The notes under the pieces are model-generated. The model saw only the letters and a program-made list of their open reading frames with translations, was not told the origin of the DNA and did no database searches. 32,000 bases of DNA from Trichodesmium erythraeum IMS101 (lineage in GTDB: Bacteria > Cyanobacteriota > Cyanobacteriia > Cyanobacteriales > Microcoleaceae): assembly GCF_000014265.1 (NCBI RefSeq), contig NC_008312.1, positions 4,980,001 to 5,012,000 on the forward strand. Reading direction: 5' to 3'. Below, piece by piece: positions 9,560 through 17,784 of the stretch; within the stretch, counting starts at the first letter, position 1, and the number at the start of each line of letters is the position of its first letter. The position numbers were made by a program, and so were the translations under genes.

Positions 9560-11563
9560 ATGAAAAATTTTGGGCAACAAATTAAAACTGATGAGCTAAA
9601 GGGAATTAATCACCATAACTGGTCATTATGCCAAGCTCAATCCAATACTCAAAAGGCTAAAATTCTTTTTGGTAGAATTCCTGGTGGAAAATTAACCAGA
9701 AAATTAGGGTGGAAAATTTTGGCTACTGGGATAATTGCTCAAGCAGTATTATTAGTAAGTCCAGCTTTTGCTAACAGTACGCAAAAAAATCTTAGCTATA
9801 GTCAGCTATTAGACAAAATTCAAGCTGGAGAAGTAACAGAAATAGATTACTATCCCTCTCGTGGAATTGCTAAGGTTAGCTTGAAAGGGCAAAGGAGCAG
9901 GGAGGGAATGTATATAGTTCAGATGTTTGAGCATGTCCCAGAACTACTTGATCAGGTTCGTGCTCAAAAAATTGACTTTGAATTAAAGCGCTCTCCTGAC
10001 AATAGCGTTGCTATGGGGATCATATTTAATATTCTTATCGTTTTTGTGGTCATTGTTGTACTATTGGCAATTTTGCGTCGTTCTAGTCAGTCTCAGGGAA
10101 ATGCGTTGAACTTTGGTAAGTCTAGGGCACGTTTTCAGATGGAGGCTAAAACAGGGGTATTATTTGAAGATGTAGCAGGTATTGAGGAAGCAAAGGAGGA
10201 ACTTCAGGAAGTTGTCAGTTTCTTGAAAAAGCCAGAGAAGTTTACAGCTATTGGGGCTAAAATTCCTAAAGGTGTATTGTTGGTAGGGCCACCAGGGACT
10301 GGTAAGACTCTATTGGCAAAGGCGATCGCAGGTGAAGCAGGGGTTCCTTTTTTTAGTATTTCTGGTTCAGAATTTGTGGAAATGTTTGTGGGTGTGGGAG
10401 CTTCTCGTGTACGAGATTTGTTTAAAAAAGCTAAGGAAAATGCTCCTTGCATTATATTTATAGATGAAATAGATGCGGTAGGTAGACAAAGAGGTGCTGG
10501 TATTGGTGGGGGTAATGATGAACGAGAGCAAACTCTTAACCAACTACTAACTGAAATGGATGGTTTTGAGGGTAATAGTGGAATTATCATTATTGCTGCG
10601 ACTAACCGACCTGATGTTTTGGATGTTGCTTTATTACGTCCAGGTAGGTTTGATAGACAGGTGACTGTAGATTTGCCTGCTTATAAAGGGCGTTTGGGCA
10701 TTTTGGAAGTTCATGCTCGCAATAAGAAGTTAACTCCAGAGATATCCCTAGAGGCGATCGCTAGAAAGACACCTGGTTTTTCGGGAGCAGACTTAGCTAA
10801 TATGTTGAATGAGGCTGCTATTCTAACTGCTAGACGACGTAAAGAAGGAATTACACCTAATGAAATTGATGATGCTATTGACCGAGTGACTATTGGTTTG
10901 AGTCTCACCCCATTATTGGATGGTAAGAAAAAACGGTTAATTGCTTATCATGAATTAGGTCACGCTTTGTTGATGACTCTACTGAAAAATTCTGACCTTC
11001 TTAATAAGGTGACTATTATTCCTCGTTCTGGTGGAGTTGGTGGTTTTGCTCAACCAATTATGGATGAAGGAATGATTGATAGTGGAATGTATACCCGTGG
11101 TTGGTTAATAGACAGGATTACAATTTCTCTAGGAGGACGTGCTGCTGAGGAGGAGATTTTTGGTTTAGCGGAAGTTACGGTGGGAGCGGCCAATGATATT
11201 CGGAGTGTGGCCAGTTTAGCTCGTGAGATGGTAACTCGCTATGGAATGTCTGACTTAGGGCCTTTGGCTTTGGAAAATCCAAATGGGGAAGTTTTTTTGG
11301 GCCGAGGTTGGCAGTCCCAGCAGCCAGAATATTCTGAGGAAGTTGCTATTAAAATTGACCATCAAATACGAACAATGGTTTTTCATTGTTATGAAAAAGC
11401 TCGAAAAATTATCAGAGAAAATCGTGTTTTGATGGATAGGTTAGTAGATTTATTAATAGAAAAAGAGACTATTGAGGGTGATGAATTTCGCAGAATAGTT
11501 TCAGAATATACGGAGTTACCGAAAAAACAAAAGTCTCTTATTAATTTGGAAAAGAAAATTTGA
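9560..11563 (+). CDS. ftsH: ATP-dependent zinc metalloprotease FtsH
   Basis: 667 aa. Two TM segments, Walker A GPPGTGKT, Walker B IIFIDEID, second region of homology [20 protein letters not shown], and zinc motif HELGH. The stretch [12 protein letters not shown] resembles the FtsH3-type cyanobacterial paralogue. About 50 residues precede TM1, so the start codon is uncertain. Confidence 0.95.
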
Positions 11564-11709
11564 GGTTTAAGTTAGTTTTTTTGTCTGAACTTCAATATAA
11601 TTTTTAATTATAAATTTTATTCTCGTTTTTATTAAGGGCAAGGGAGAAGAAGATTTATAACTTGTAATCTAATCATACCTAAAATCAATTTAACTCGACC
11701 TAGGGTAAG

Positions 11710-11739
11710 TCCCGCGCTTTCGGAAAGAGAGCGTCGGGA
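11710..11739. terminator. GC-rich bulged hairpin between the convergent ftsH and M23 peptidase genes, possibly a terminator or RNA element
   Basis: tcccgcgctttc-ggaaa-gagagcgtcggga forms about 12 bp with one bulged t and one G-U pair. It stands out in AT-rich surroundings. No clean U-tract follows on either strand, so the terminator call is weak. Confidence 0.3.
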
Positions 11740-11853
11740 TAAAAATTAGACTTTATTTGTATGGTTCGTCCTGCCGCATCTATCATAGCTATTGACAATA
11801 TTCTATTTAGGTTTCTATATCATCGTGTAGGTAAGCATTTAGGCACCAAAAAC

Positions 11854-12558
11854 TTAGTTATAGCTTGCGTGTGAGTTGTACTTAGCACTATATCTATGTT
11901 CTAAGCTTGATAACTGTTTAGTTTGTTGAGTATACATTTCTCGCAAAATCAAAGCAGGGTCTACCCAACGTCCTCCATATTTCAAACCCCAATGAAGATG
12001 GGGGCCACTGGTTCTACCAGTCATTCCGACTCTAGCTATTCGACTCCCAGCAGGCAAAACTTGACCTTGAGGTAGCATAATTCCACCACCACGATCTATT
12101 AGATAGCGATGTCCATTGTGAGTTTCTACTTTTCCTTGAACGTGACAGTAAACGTGTTCCCAAGAACCTGACTTAATTATAATACCAGTACCGCAACGAC
12201 GATCTTCCCAAACTTCCATCACTGTGCCGGTCCACCAACTTCGGATATAGCTTCCTTGGGGAGCTGCTAAGTCTAACCCATAATGAAAACCTCTACCACG
12301 AGGACCAAAAGCTGATGTGTATCCTTGAAAGTTTTCTACGGGGAAAGAGGCATTTTGCCAGTTTTTAATGTATGATATTTGTTGATTGGTAGTTTTGACT
12401 CCTTGTGCTTTGACTAATTCTTGTTTAATTCCTAAGGTGGCTATACCAAGTGCCATAAATCCTAATAGTAATATTTTTTTTTGTTTTTGGGGGTGACGTA
12501 AACCCTGTTTTAAGGCTATAGGGAATTTATATAAGAGTTTTTTTCCAGGAACTAACAT
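11854..12558 (-). CDS. M23 family (LytM-type) metallopeptidase with an N-terminal membrane anchor
   Basis: 234 aa. Hydrophobic segment ILLLGFMALGIATLGI, and zinc-ligand motifs FHYGLD (HxxxD) and GPHLHW (HxH). Confidence 0.85.
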   Translation of the reverse strand: MLVPGKKLLYKFPIALKQGLRHPQKQKKILLLGFMALGIATLGIKQELVKAQGVKTTNQQISYIKNWQNASFPVENFQGYTSAFGPRGRGFHYGLDLAAPQGSYIRSWWTGTVMEVWEDRRCGTGIIIKSGSWEHVYCHVQGKVETHNGHRYLIDRGGGIMLPQGQVLPAGSRIARVGMTGRTSGPHLHWGLKYGGRWVDPALILREMYTQQTKQLSSLEHRYSAKYNSHASYN

Positions 12559-13071
12559 ATTTCCTTACTTTTAAATAATTGATGGGAATAGATGATTTGA
12601 TCTAAGCATTCAGTTTATACTTATAAGCTATAAGGTATTAACTGACTATTAGCACTCATTTATCTCTTAAGTTTTAGTTGGTTTGGTGGTTTGGTGTGGT
12701 TAAGTTTGATGGTAGACAGCAAAGAGCGAAAATTATTGAAGCAAAAAGTTATAATCGAAAAAAATATGGTAAAAATTAATGGATTTGGTAGTAATATTTT
12801 ATTAATTTGTTAATTTTTAAACCTGACACCTGAAACCTGATAAATGAACCATTAATCAATAACTAATTCTAGTTTTGCGAGGGCATTGGTTATTAAATCA
12901 TTATTTGGAAACAAGTAATTAGTTATCCATAGGATAATTATGAAAAAAGTTATGAATTAAATTAGTTATCAGCTAATTTAGCTAACTTGAGTTGTTACTT
13001 GAAGGTTGTTTAAAAACGATTAGCATAGTGTTAAGCCTAGGAAAAGCTGAATAGGATATAGCTCAATATTT

Positions 13072-13096
13072 AATCTTTGATAATTTATCAAAGATT
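13072..13096. repeat. 25-bp perfect palindrome (12-nt arms around one central base), function unknown
   Basis: aatctttgataa-t-ttatcaaagatt. The reverse complement of the left arm equals the right arm exactly. It lies in a 1.56 kb ORF-free region. Confidence 0.8.
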
Positions 13097-14116
13097 ATAG
13101 CATTATTTTTGGTATTTGATATTATACTAAGTTGTTTGTCAAAAAAAATTTACTTCTGGATAGTTCATCTGGATCAGAGGAGTTGAATAAGAATGCCTCT
13201 AATTTATTTAAGAGAGTTATCTCTGAGATTATTCCCCCCTTTTTTTAAGGTTTACTCTAACTTTGGTTCCCCTTTTTTACTAGATGACTTTGGATTAAGT
13301 TTCTGTACCATTTATTAAGTATTTCATGAAAGTTAATCTCCCATTATGGGCAAGGCTAAACTCCTCAATAACCTTTGCCTTATTAATATTTTAATTAACA
13401 TAAAATTTGACAAAAATAGTTAAGTATTATGTATTAAGATTTTATAGGTTCAAAATTCTCACAATCTCAGTAATTTCAGGAAATTATTTCACATTTAAGC
13501 TATATTTGAGTAGTAAAACTTGATTCTATAAGATAGGTATGCTTAAGTATAATATTTTTTTGTGTGATAATTACTAATCTTAGATAACGAAAAAAAAGTC
13601 GCATTGGTGTTTGAATTGTAAATTCATTTTTTTTTCTGGAAAGGAAATACACTTGATTTTTATTTTGTGCTGTTTAACAATAATTTGATAATTAATTTAC
13701 CATCCTAAATATGTATACTTTTCAAATGTTTTAGTAGTAAAAAAAGTCAGATGTTTAACAACACTTTTTCTTTTAAATACTTATAAATACTTATATTTTT
13801 ATTATAAATATAAATTTTCATCTAATGGTTTTCTAGTTATTATGTTATGATAAAATTTTTTGGTTGTTGTTCTATATATTTATAAATAAATTATATAATG
13901 ATATTTATTGAGAATATTTAACGAAGAATATACTTATAATAATTGATATAATTTACGATGATTATAGAGAATATTTATGTGCATAATTTTTGGATTTCCT
14001 GATTCTAAATACCTTTCTTTATGTAGAATTTACTAAAAGTTCTATACTTTTCTAAAATTTGCTATAATCCAAGGATTTAATATTCTGTTAAATAAAATAA
14101 TTTGAGATTCTAAAAA

Positions 14117-14503
14117 ATGATACTAGAAGAAATTTTGCCTTTTAGATTGGCCATAGATGCTACAGCGATCGCAGGTTCATCTTTATGGTCTTTGGCCTTA
14201 TATTGGGGTTTTTCCCCTGTTAGTGACTGGGTGACGTTACAACTTAACCGCTGGTTTAATTTTGCGGAAAGATCGTTGTATATGTCTGATGAAGAATTTG
14301 AAAGAACCCGCAAAGCTAGAGAATCTCAAAATGCTTTTTATGCTTCTATTTTTAGTATTGTGCCTTTTTTAATTGTAGGAAGTTTATGTAATTGGGGGGT
14401 AGAATTTGGTTTGGGTAAAAGCTGGTCAATTAGTATTGGGATAATTACTTGCTTAACTTGTGGTATTTATGAATTAGGAAGACGAGATAGTCAATCTTCT
14501 TAA
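14117..14503 (+). CDS. Hypothetical small membrane protein (128 aa, about 3 predicted TM segments)
   Basis: This is the only sizeable ORF in its region. It has hydrophobic segments (AIAGSSLWSLALYWGF, IFSIVPFLIVGSLCNWGV, ISIGIITCLTCGIY). An antisense ORF overlaps it (14110..14313) but looks less protein-like. I recognise no family. Confidence 0.5.
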   Translation: MILEEILPFRLAIDATAIAGSSLWSLALYWGFSPVSDWVTLQLNRWFNFAERSLYMSDEEFERTRKARESQNAFYASIFSIVPFLIVGSLCNWGVEFGLGKSWSISIGIITCLTCGIYELGRRDSQSS

Positions 14504-14718
14504 ACAGCATTTCTAATTAAATTATGAGAGAATAAAGGATAAGAAGCAGGAAAGATGGGTCAGGGGATAGGTAACAAGTTAAATATATTTAATTTTTTAA
14601 TTTTGTAGTTTTACCTAATAACTTGGGCAATTGCTGTCGTTGAATTATTAAGCTTTATATATTTATGAAGATAGACTAAAAGTTTTCTTTTCTGAATGAG
14701 ATAAAAACGGCGATCGCT

Positions 14719-15060
14719 ATGCCAGAAAAACTACGTCACCAAGTAATAGCTGAAGAAAACATTTGGGGCTATTAAATATTTGGCTGGTGTTGATGTTGGT
14801 GACAGTGATAATTATAGGATTTATTAAGGGGTAGTAGCAATTTTAAGTTTCGTGGAACTGGAGCTAAAATAACAGGCGATCGCTCAACTTCTTACTTCTT
14901 TTCTTTATATCCCTAGATTTATTATTTTTTAGATAAACATATACTATTTTAGATACTTGAAAAAAATATAATCTTATTCATTATAATGTTCTACATTTGC
15001 TGCTTTATGACGGTAAATTTTGATTGATTTTTGTCGATTTGGTGTGGATTTTTATTTAGA
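14719..15060 (+). pseudogene. Degraded relic of endonuclease V (nfi)
   Basis: My translation gives MPEKLRHQVIAEENIWGY*, then after a +1 shift KYLAGVDVGDSDNYRIY*GVVAILSFVELELK*QAIAQLLTSFLYIPRFIIF*. This tracks the EndoV N-terminal pattern (..AGVDVs.., ..LelvE.., ..fPYIPGfLsFRE). A further LIFVD fragment at 15024..15038 matches the DlvfvDG region. It has a frameshift and several stops, and most of the C-terminal half is gone. Confidence 0.45.
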
Positions 15061-15184
15061 ATTTTTAGTTAATATTCTTAATGTTAGTGTGACTAAATCT
15101 CAAGATAATATCTATTATTTAACCAGTCTTAAAAATACTATCAAATCAAAAGTTGTTCAATCCTTGAATATTTAAAAGTCTATT

Positions 15185-16342
15185 GTGGAAGTCAAATATG
15201 CTCTTGTTCATGAATGGTTAACTCCTAAAGCAACTGGAGGTTCGGAATTAGTTGTTAAGGAAATTCTCAAGCATATTAATGCAGATGTATATGCTTTAAT
15301 TGATTTTGAGTCGAGGAACCCAGAAAGTTATTTTTATCAACGTCAAATAGGTAAAACATTTTTACAATATTTGCCTTTGGCTCGTAACGGAGTACAAAAA
15401 TATTTACCTTTATTGCCAATAGCAATTGAACAATTTGACTTAGGAGAATATGATGTAATTCTCTCTTCTTCCCATGCAGTTGCTAAAGGTGTTTTAACTA
15501 CACCTTATCAACTACATATTTGTTATTGTCATACTCCTATGCGTTATGCTTGGGATTTAACTTTTGATTATCTCAATAGTAGTAAGCTTGGTAAGGGTAT
15601 TCCTGGAATTTTTACTCGATATCTTTTACATAGACTGCGAGAATGGGATATCATTTCTGCTAACCGAGTAGATTATTTTATTGCTAATTCTCAACATACT
15701 GCTCGTAGAATTTGGCGTTGTTATCGACGTAAAGCTGAGGTTATTTATCCGCCAGTAGATGTGGAAAAGTTTCCTTTTAAATCTGATAAACAAGATTTTT
15801 ATCTTACAGTTTGTAGGTTAGTAAGTTATAAAAAAATATCTTTAATTGTTAGAGCTTTTAATCAGTTAGGACGAGAATTAATAGTTATTGGTAGTGGTGG
15901 GGAATTAAATAAATTACGTGATCTTGCTAAGTCTAATGTTAAAATTATGGGTTGGCAACCTGAAGAAGTTGTTGCTAAATATATGTCAGAAGCTAAGGGT
16001 TTTATTTATGCTGCTTGTGAAGATTTTGGTATGGCTTTAGTGGAGGCACAAGCTTGTGGAACTCCTGTTATTGCTTATGGTGTTGGTGGAGCGAATGAAA
16101 CGGTTTTAGATATGAGAAAATATCCTAGTTCGGCAACTGGTTTATTATTTTCTGAACAAACAGAAAAAGCATTAATAGAAGCGGTGGAATTTTTTGAAAG
16201 TTCTCGGGAGTATTTTCAGCCAGAAATTATTAGAAAGCAGGCTGATAATTTTTCTCAAACAGTGTTTAAAAAGCATTATTTAAGTTTTGTGGAAAAGTGT
16301 TATGTGGAGGAAGGTAGTGGTAAACGCGTAACGGTTAAATAG
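15185..16342 (+). CDS. Glycosyltransferase, GT4 / group 1 family
   Basis: 385 aa with a GTG start. N-terminus KYALVHEWLT is typical of this family. C-terminal EX7E region EDFGMALVEAQACGTPVIA. Confidence 0.85.
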   Translation: MEVKYALVHEWLTPKATGGSELVVKEILKHINADVYALIDFESRNPESYFYQRQIGKTFLQYLPLARNGVQKYLPLLPIAIEQFDLGEYDVILSSSHAVAKGVLTTPYQLHICYCHTPMRYAWDLTFDYLNSSKLGKGIPGIFTRYLLHRLREWDIISANRVDYFIANSQHTARRIWRCYRRKAEVIYPPVDVEKFPFKSDKQDFYLTVCRLVSYKKISLIVRAFNQLGRELIVIGSGGELNKLRDLAKSNVKIMGWQPEEVVAKYMSEAKGFIYAACEDFGMALVEAQACGTPVIAYGVGGANETVLDMRKYPSSATGLLFSEQTEKALIEAVEFFESSREYFQPEIIRKQADNFSQTVFKKHYLSFVEKCYVEEGSGKRVTVK

Positions 16343-16367
16343 ATGGGAAGCTGACAATTTCTGATTT

Positions 16368-16402
16368 CTCCTGTTTTGATGGTCGGAGAATAAGAACAGG
16401 AG
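16368..16402 (+). terminator. Possible terminator hairpin after the glycosyltransferase gene
   Basis: ctcctgtt / aacaggag form a perfect 8-bp stem, but the loop is 19 nt and the T-run (attttttaa) starts 9 nt after the stem. This is a weak candidate. Confidence 0.3.
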
Positions 16403-16508
16403 TCAAAGCTATTTTTTAATAATTCTAATTATTTGAAATAAGCAATAAAATGATTGGGGTTACTAGAGAATAAATTTGATAATAATTGACTGTAAGAACT
16501 GTTTCTGA

Positions 16509-16576
16509 GGGAAACCCAACAAAGCTTTGTTTTTGCTGGGTAATCTTACTATGTCCATTAGACCCAACCTATAAGT
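16509..16576. repeat. Dispersed hairpin repeat family, copy a (..gaaacccaacaaagctttgtt...gctgggt..N..gacccaacctataag)
   Basis: It shares gaaacccaacaaagcYttgtt and gaccYaacctaYag with the copy at 20437..20533. It contains the 14-nt perfect palindrome aacaaagctttgtt. Confidence 0.6.
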
Positions 16577-16719
16577 TATAAATCTATTAGTTTACTACAA
16601 GAACTGAAGTTTTTGTCTATAGAAGTAGATGATCTGTTGATCAGTTATGAAGAGATTTTTGAACAACCTGTCAGGCAGATCAGGACTTACCCAGAAATAC
16701 CATGTTAGGGACTAATGTT

Positions 16720-17275
16720 ATTTGCCCTTGAACTTTGTGCTTGAATGCTCCCTGATGTTATTTGCCCTCTAATGCTCCCTAATGTTATTTGCCCTTGAAC
16801 TTTGTGCTTGAATGCTCCCTGATGTTATTTGCCTTTGAATACCCTGAATGGTCTTTGCCCTTGAACTTTGTGCTTGAATGCTACCTGATGTTATTTGCCT
16901 TTGAATACCCTGAATGGTCTTTGTCCTTGAACTTTGTGCTTGAATGCTACCTAATGTTATTTGGCCTTGAATACCCTGAATGGTATTTGCCCTTGAATGC
17001 CCCTGAATGGTCTTTGCCTTTGAACTTTGCCCCTGAATATTATTTGCTCCCTAGTAGCATTTGCCTTTGAATGCCCCTGAATGGTCTTTGCCTTTGAACT
17101 TTGCCCCTGAATATTATTTGCTCCCTAGTAGCATTTGCCTTTGAATGCCCCTGAATGGTCTTTGCCCTAAATGGCCTTTACACCTGAATAGTCTTTGCCC
17201 TGAATGGCTTTTACACCCTAGTAGCTTTTGCTCCCTAATGGCCTTTACCCCCTAGTGGTGTTTACCCTCCTAAAC
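16720..17275. repeat. Complex non-coding tandem repeat array of about 40 degenerate 10-17 nt units (pyrimidine-rich tttgccc-type core ending in tgaatg/ttgaac/taatg/tagtag), organised into 66-nt and 74-nt higher-order periods
   Basis: The 66-nt period shows as three near-identical copies between about 16831 and 17000. The 74-nt period has gaatgcccctgaatgg at 16995, 17069 and 17143. The array decays toward both ends. Confidence 0.9.
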
Positions 17276-17367
17276 ATACCGTATTTTGTTCTAATTTGTG
17301 TAAGTTCTGTAAAATTTTATTCAAATGAGGGAAATCTTAATAAATTTGTTAATTTTTGATGAAATAG

Positions 17368-17730
17368 ATGACACAGATAAAGCTATTTGATATTACTATA
17401 GGTTTGATAATTTTTGATTATCAATTTATTTACTGAGCTTTCAAAAAGCATACAGAGCTTACTGATCGCTATGGAAAAGTTCAAGGTGATTTCGCTGTGA
17501 ATGAGGATAAGTTACATTATTTATTTGTGACTTTTGGTTCGGAAAATAGGTGGAGGTTCTATGGTTGTATCGTACATTGAAAAATTGTTGGCGATCAAAT
17601 CTGGATTCACGCAGATGGATGAGAATATGGTGTTGCTGATAATTTGGTCAATGTAGGGATTCCCAAAAGTCAATTTTTTCTGGGTTTTTATCTGCAAGAA
17701 GTTGCTATGCACACAGAATTTGCAGTGTAG
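17368..17730 (+). pseudogene. xisI: xisI-family gene interrupted by three in-frame TGA codons
   Basis: My frame-1 translation gives MTQIKLFDITIGLIIFDYQFIY*AFKKHTELTDRYGKVQGDFAVNEDKLHYLFVTFGSENRWRFYGCIVH*KIVGDQIWIHADG*EYGVADNLVNVGIPKSQFFLGFYLQEVAMHTEFAV*. The C-terminal two thirds follow the XisI pattern (..YGC..H.dI.dgKIWIq.DGTE.G.a.eLv..GIPK..IVLgFhpp..R..TeFAv). Stops are at 17434, 17578 and 17620, with no frameshift. Confidence 0.6.
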
Positions 17731-17784
17731 TGAATTAATTTGATCATCTATTCCCTATTCCCCTACTTCTCCACTCCTCTACTC

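Noticed and set aside
10204-10908. Antisense track ORFs inside ftsH (10204..10590 and 10711..10908, minus strand)
   Set aside because: They are fully embedded opposite a strongly conserved gene, with low-complexity S/P/L-rich translations. This is a typical shadow-ORF pattern.
11755-11785. Possible tRNA T-arm (ggttcgtcctgcc)
   Set aside because: I could not fold flanking sequence into acceptor, D or anticodon arms, and the T-stem has no complementary partner.
13190-13400. Possible IS630-like transposase relic on the minus strand (..NLKKRGE*SQR*LS..)
   Set aside because: Only a few residues resemble the HTH/KRGG region, several stops interrupt it, and no inverted repeats were found. This cannot be supported by eye.
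14110-14313. 67-aa minus-strand track ORF overlapping the start of the small membrane protein gene
   Set aside because: The plus-strand 128-aa ORF is longer and has coherent TM segments. The minus-strand product is hydrophilic low-complexity sequence with no signals.
16789-17070. 93-aa track ORF (MPLNFVLECSLMLFAFEYPEWSLPLNF...)
   Set aside because: Its sequence is a 22-aa periodic read-through of the 66-nt tandem repeat. It has no plausible protein features or translation signals, so I treat it as an artefact of the repeat array.
16720-17275. CRISPR array hypothesis for the tandem array
   Set aside because: There are no unique spacers between constant repeats. The whole array is made of related degenerate units with nested periods, and no cas genes or leader are present.
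17313-17390. Possible xisH C-terminal remnant (..REILINLLIFDEIDDTDKAI*) ending just inside the xisI relic
   Set aside because: The position and the overlap with the xisI start are right for xisH-xisI pairs. However, only about 25 codons remain and similarity to the XisH C-terminus (..KLIVFDP..E.I..W..) is weak.
17521-17712. 63-aa minus-strand track ORF
   Set aside because: It lies antisense to the xisI relic, whose plus-strand translation shows clear family similarity. The minus-strand product has none.
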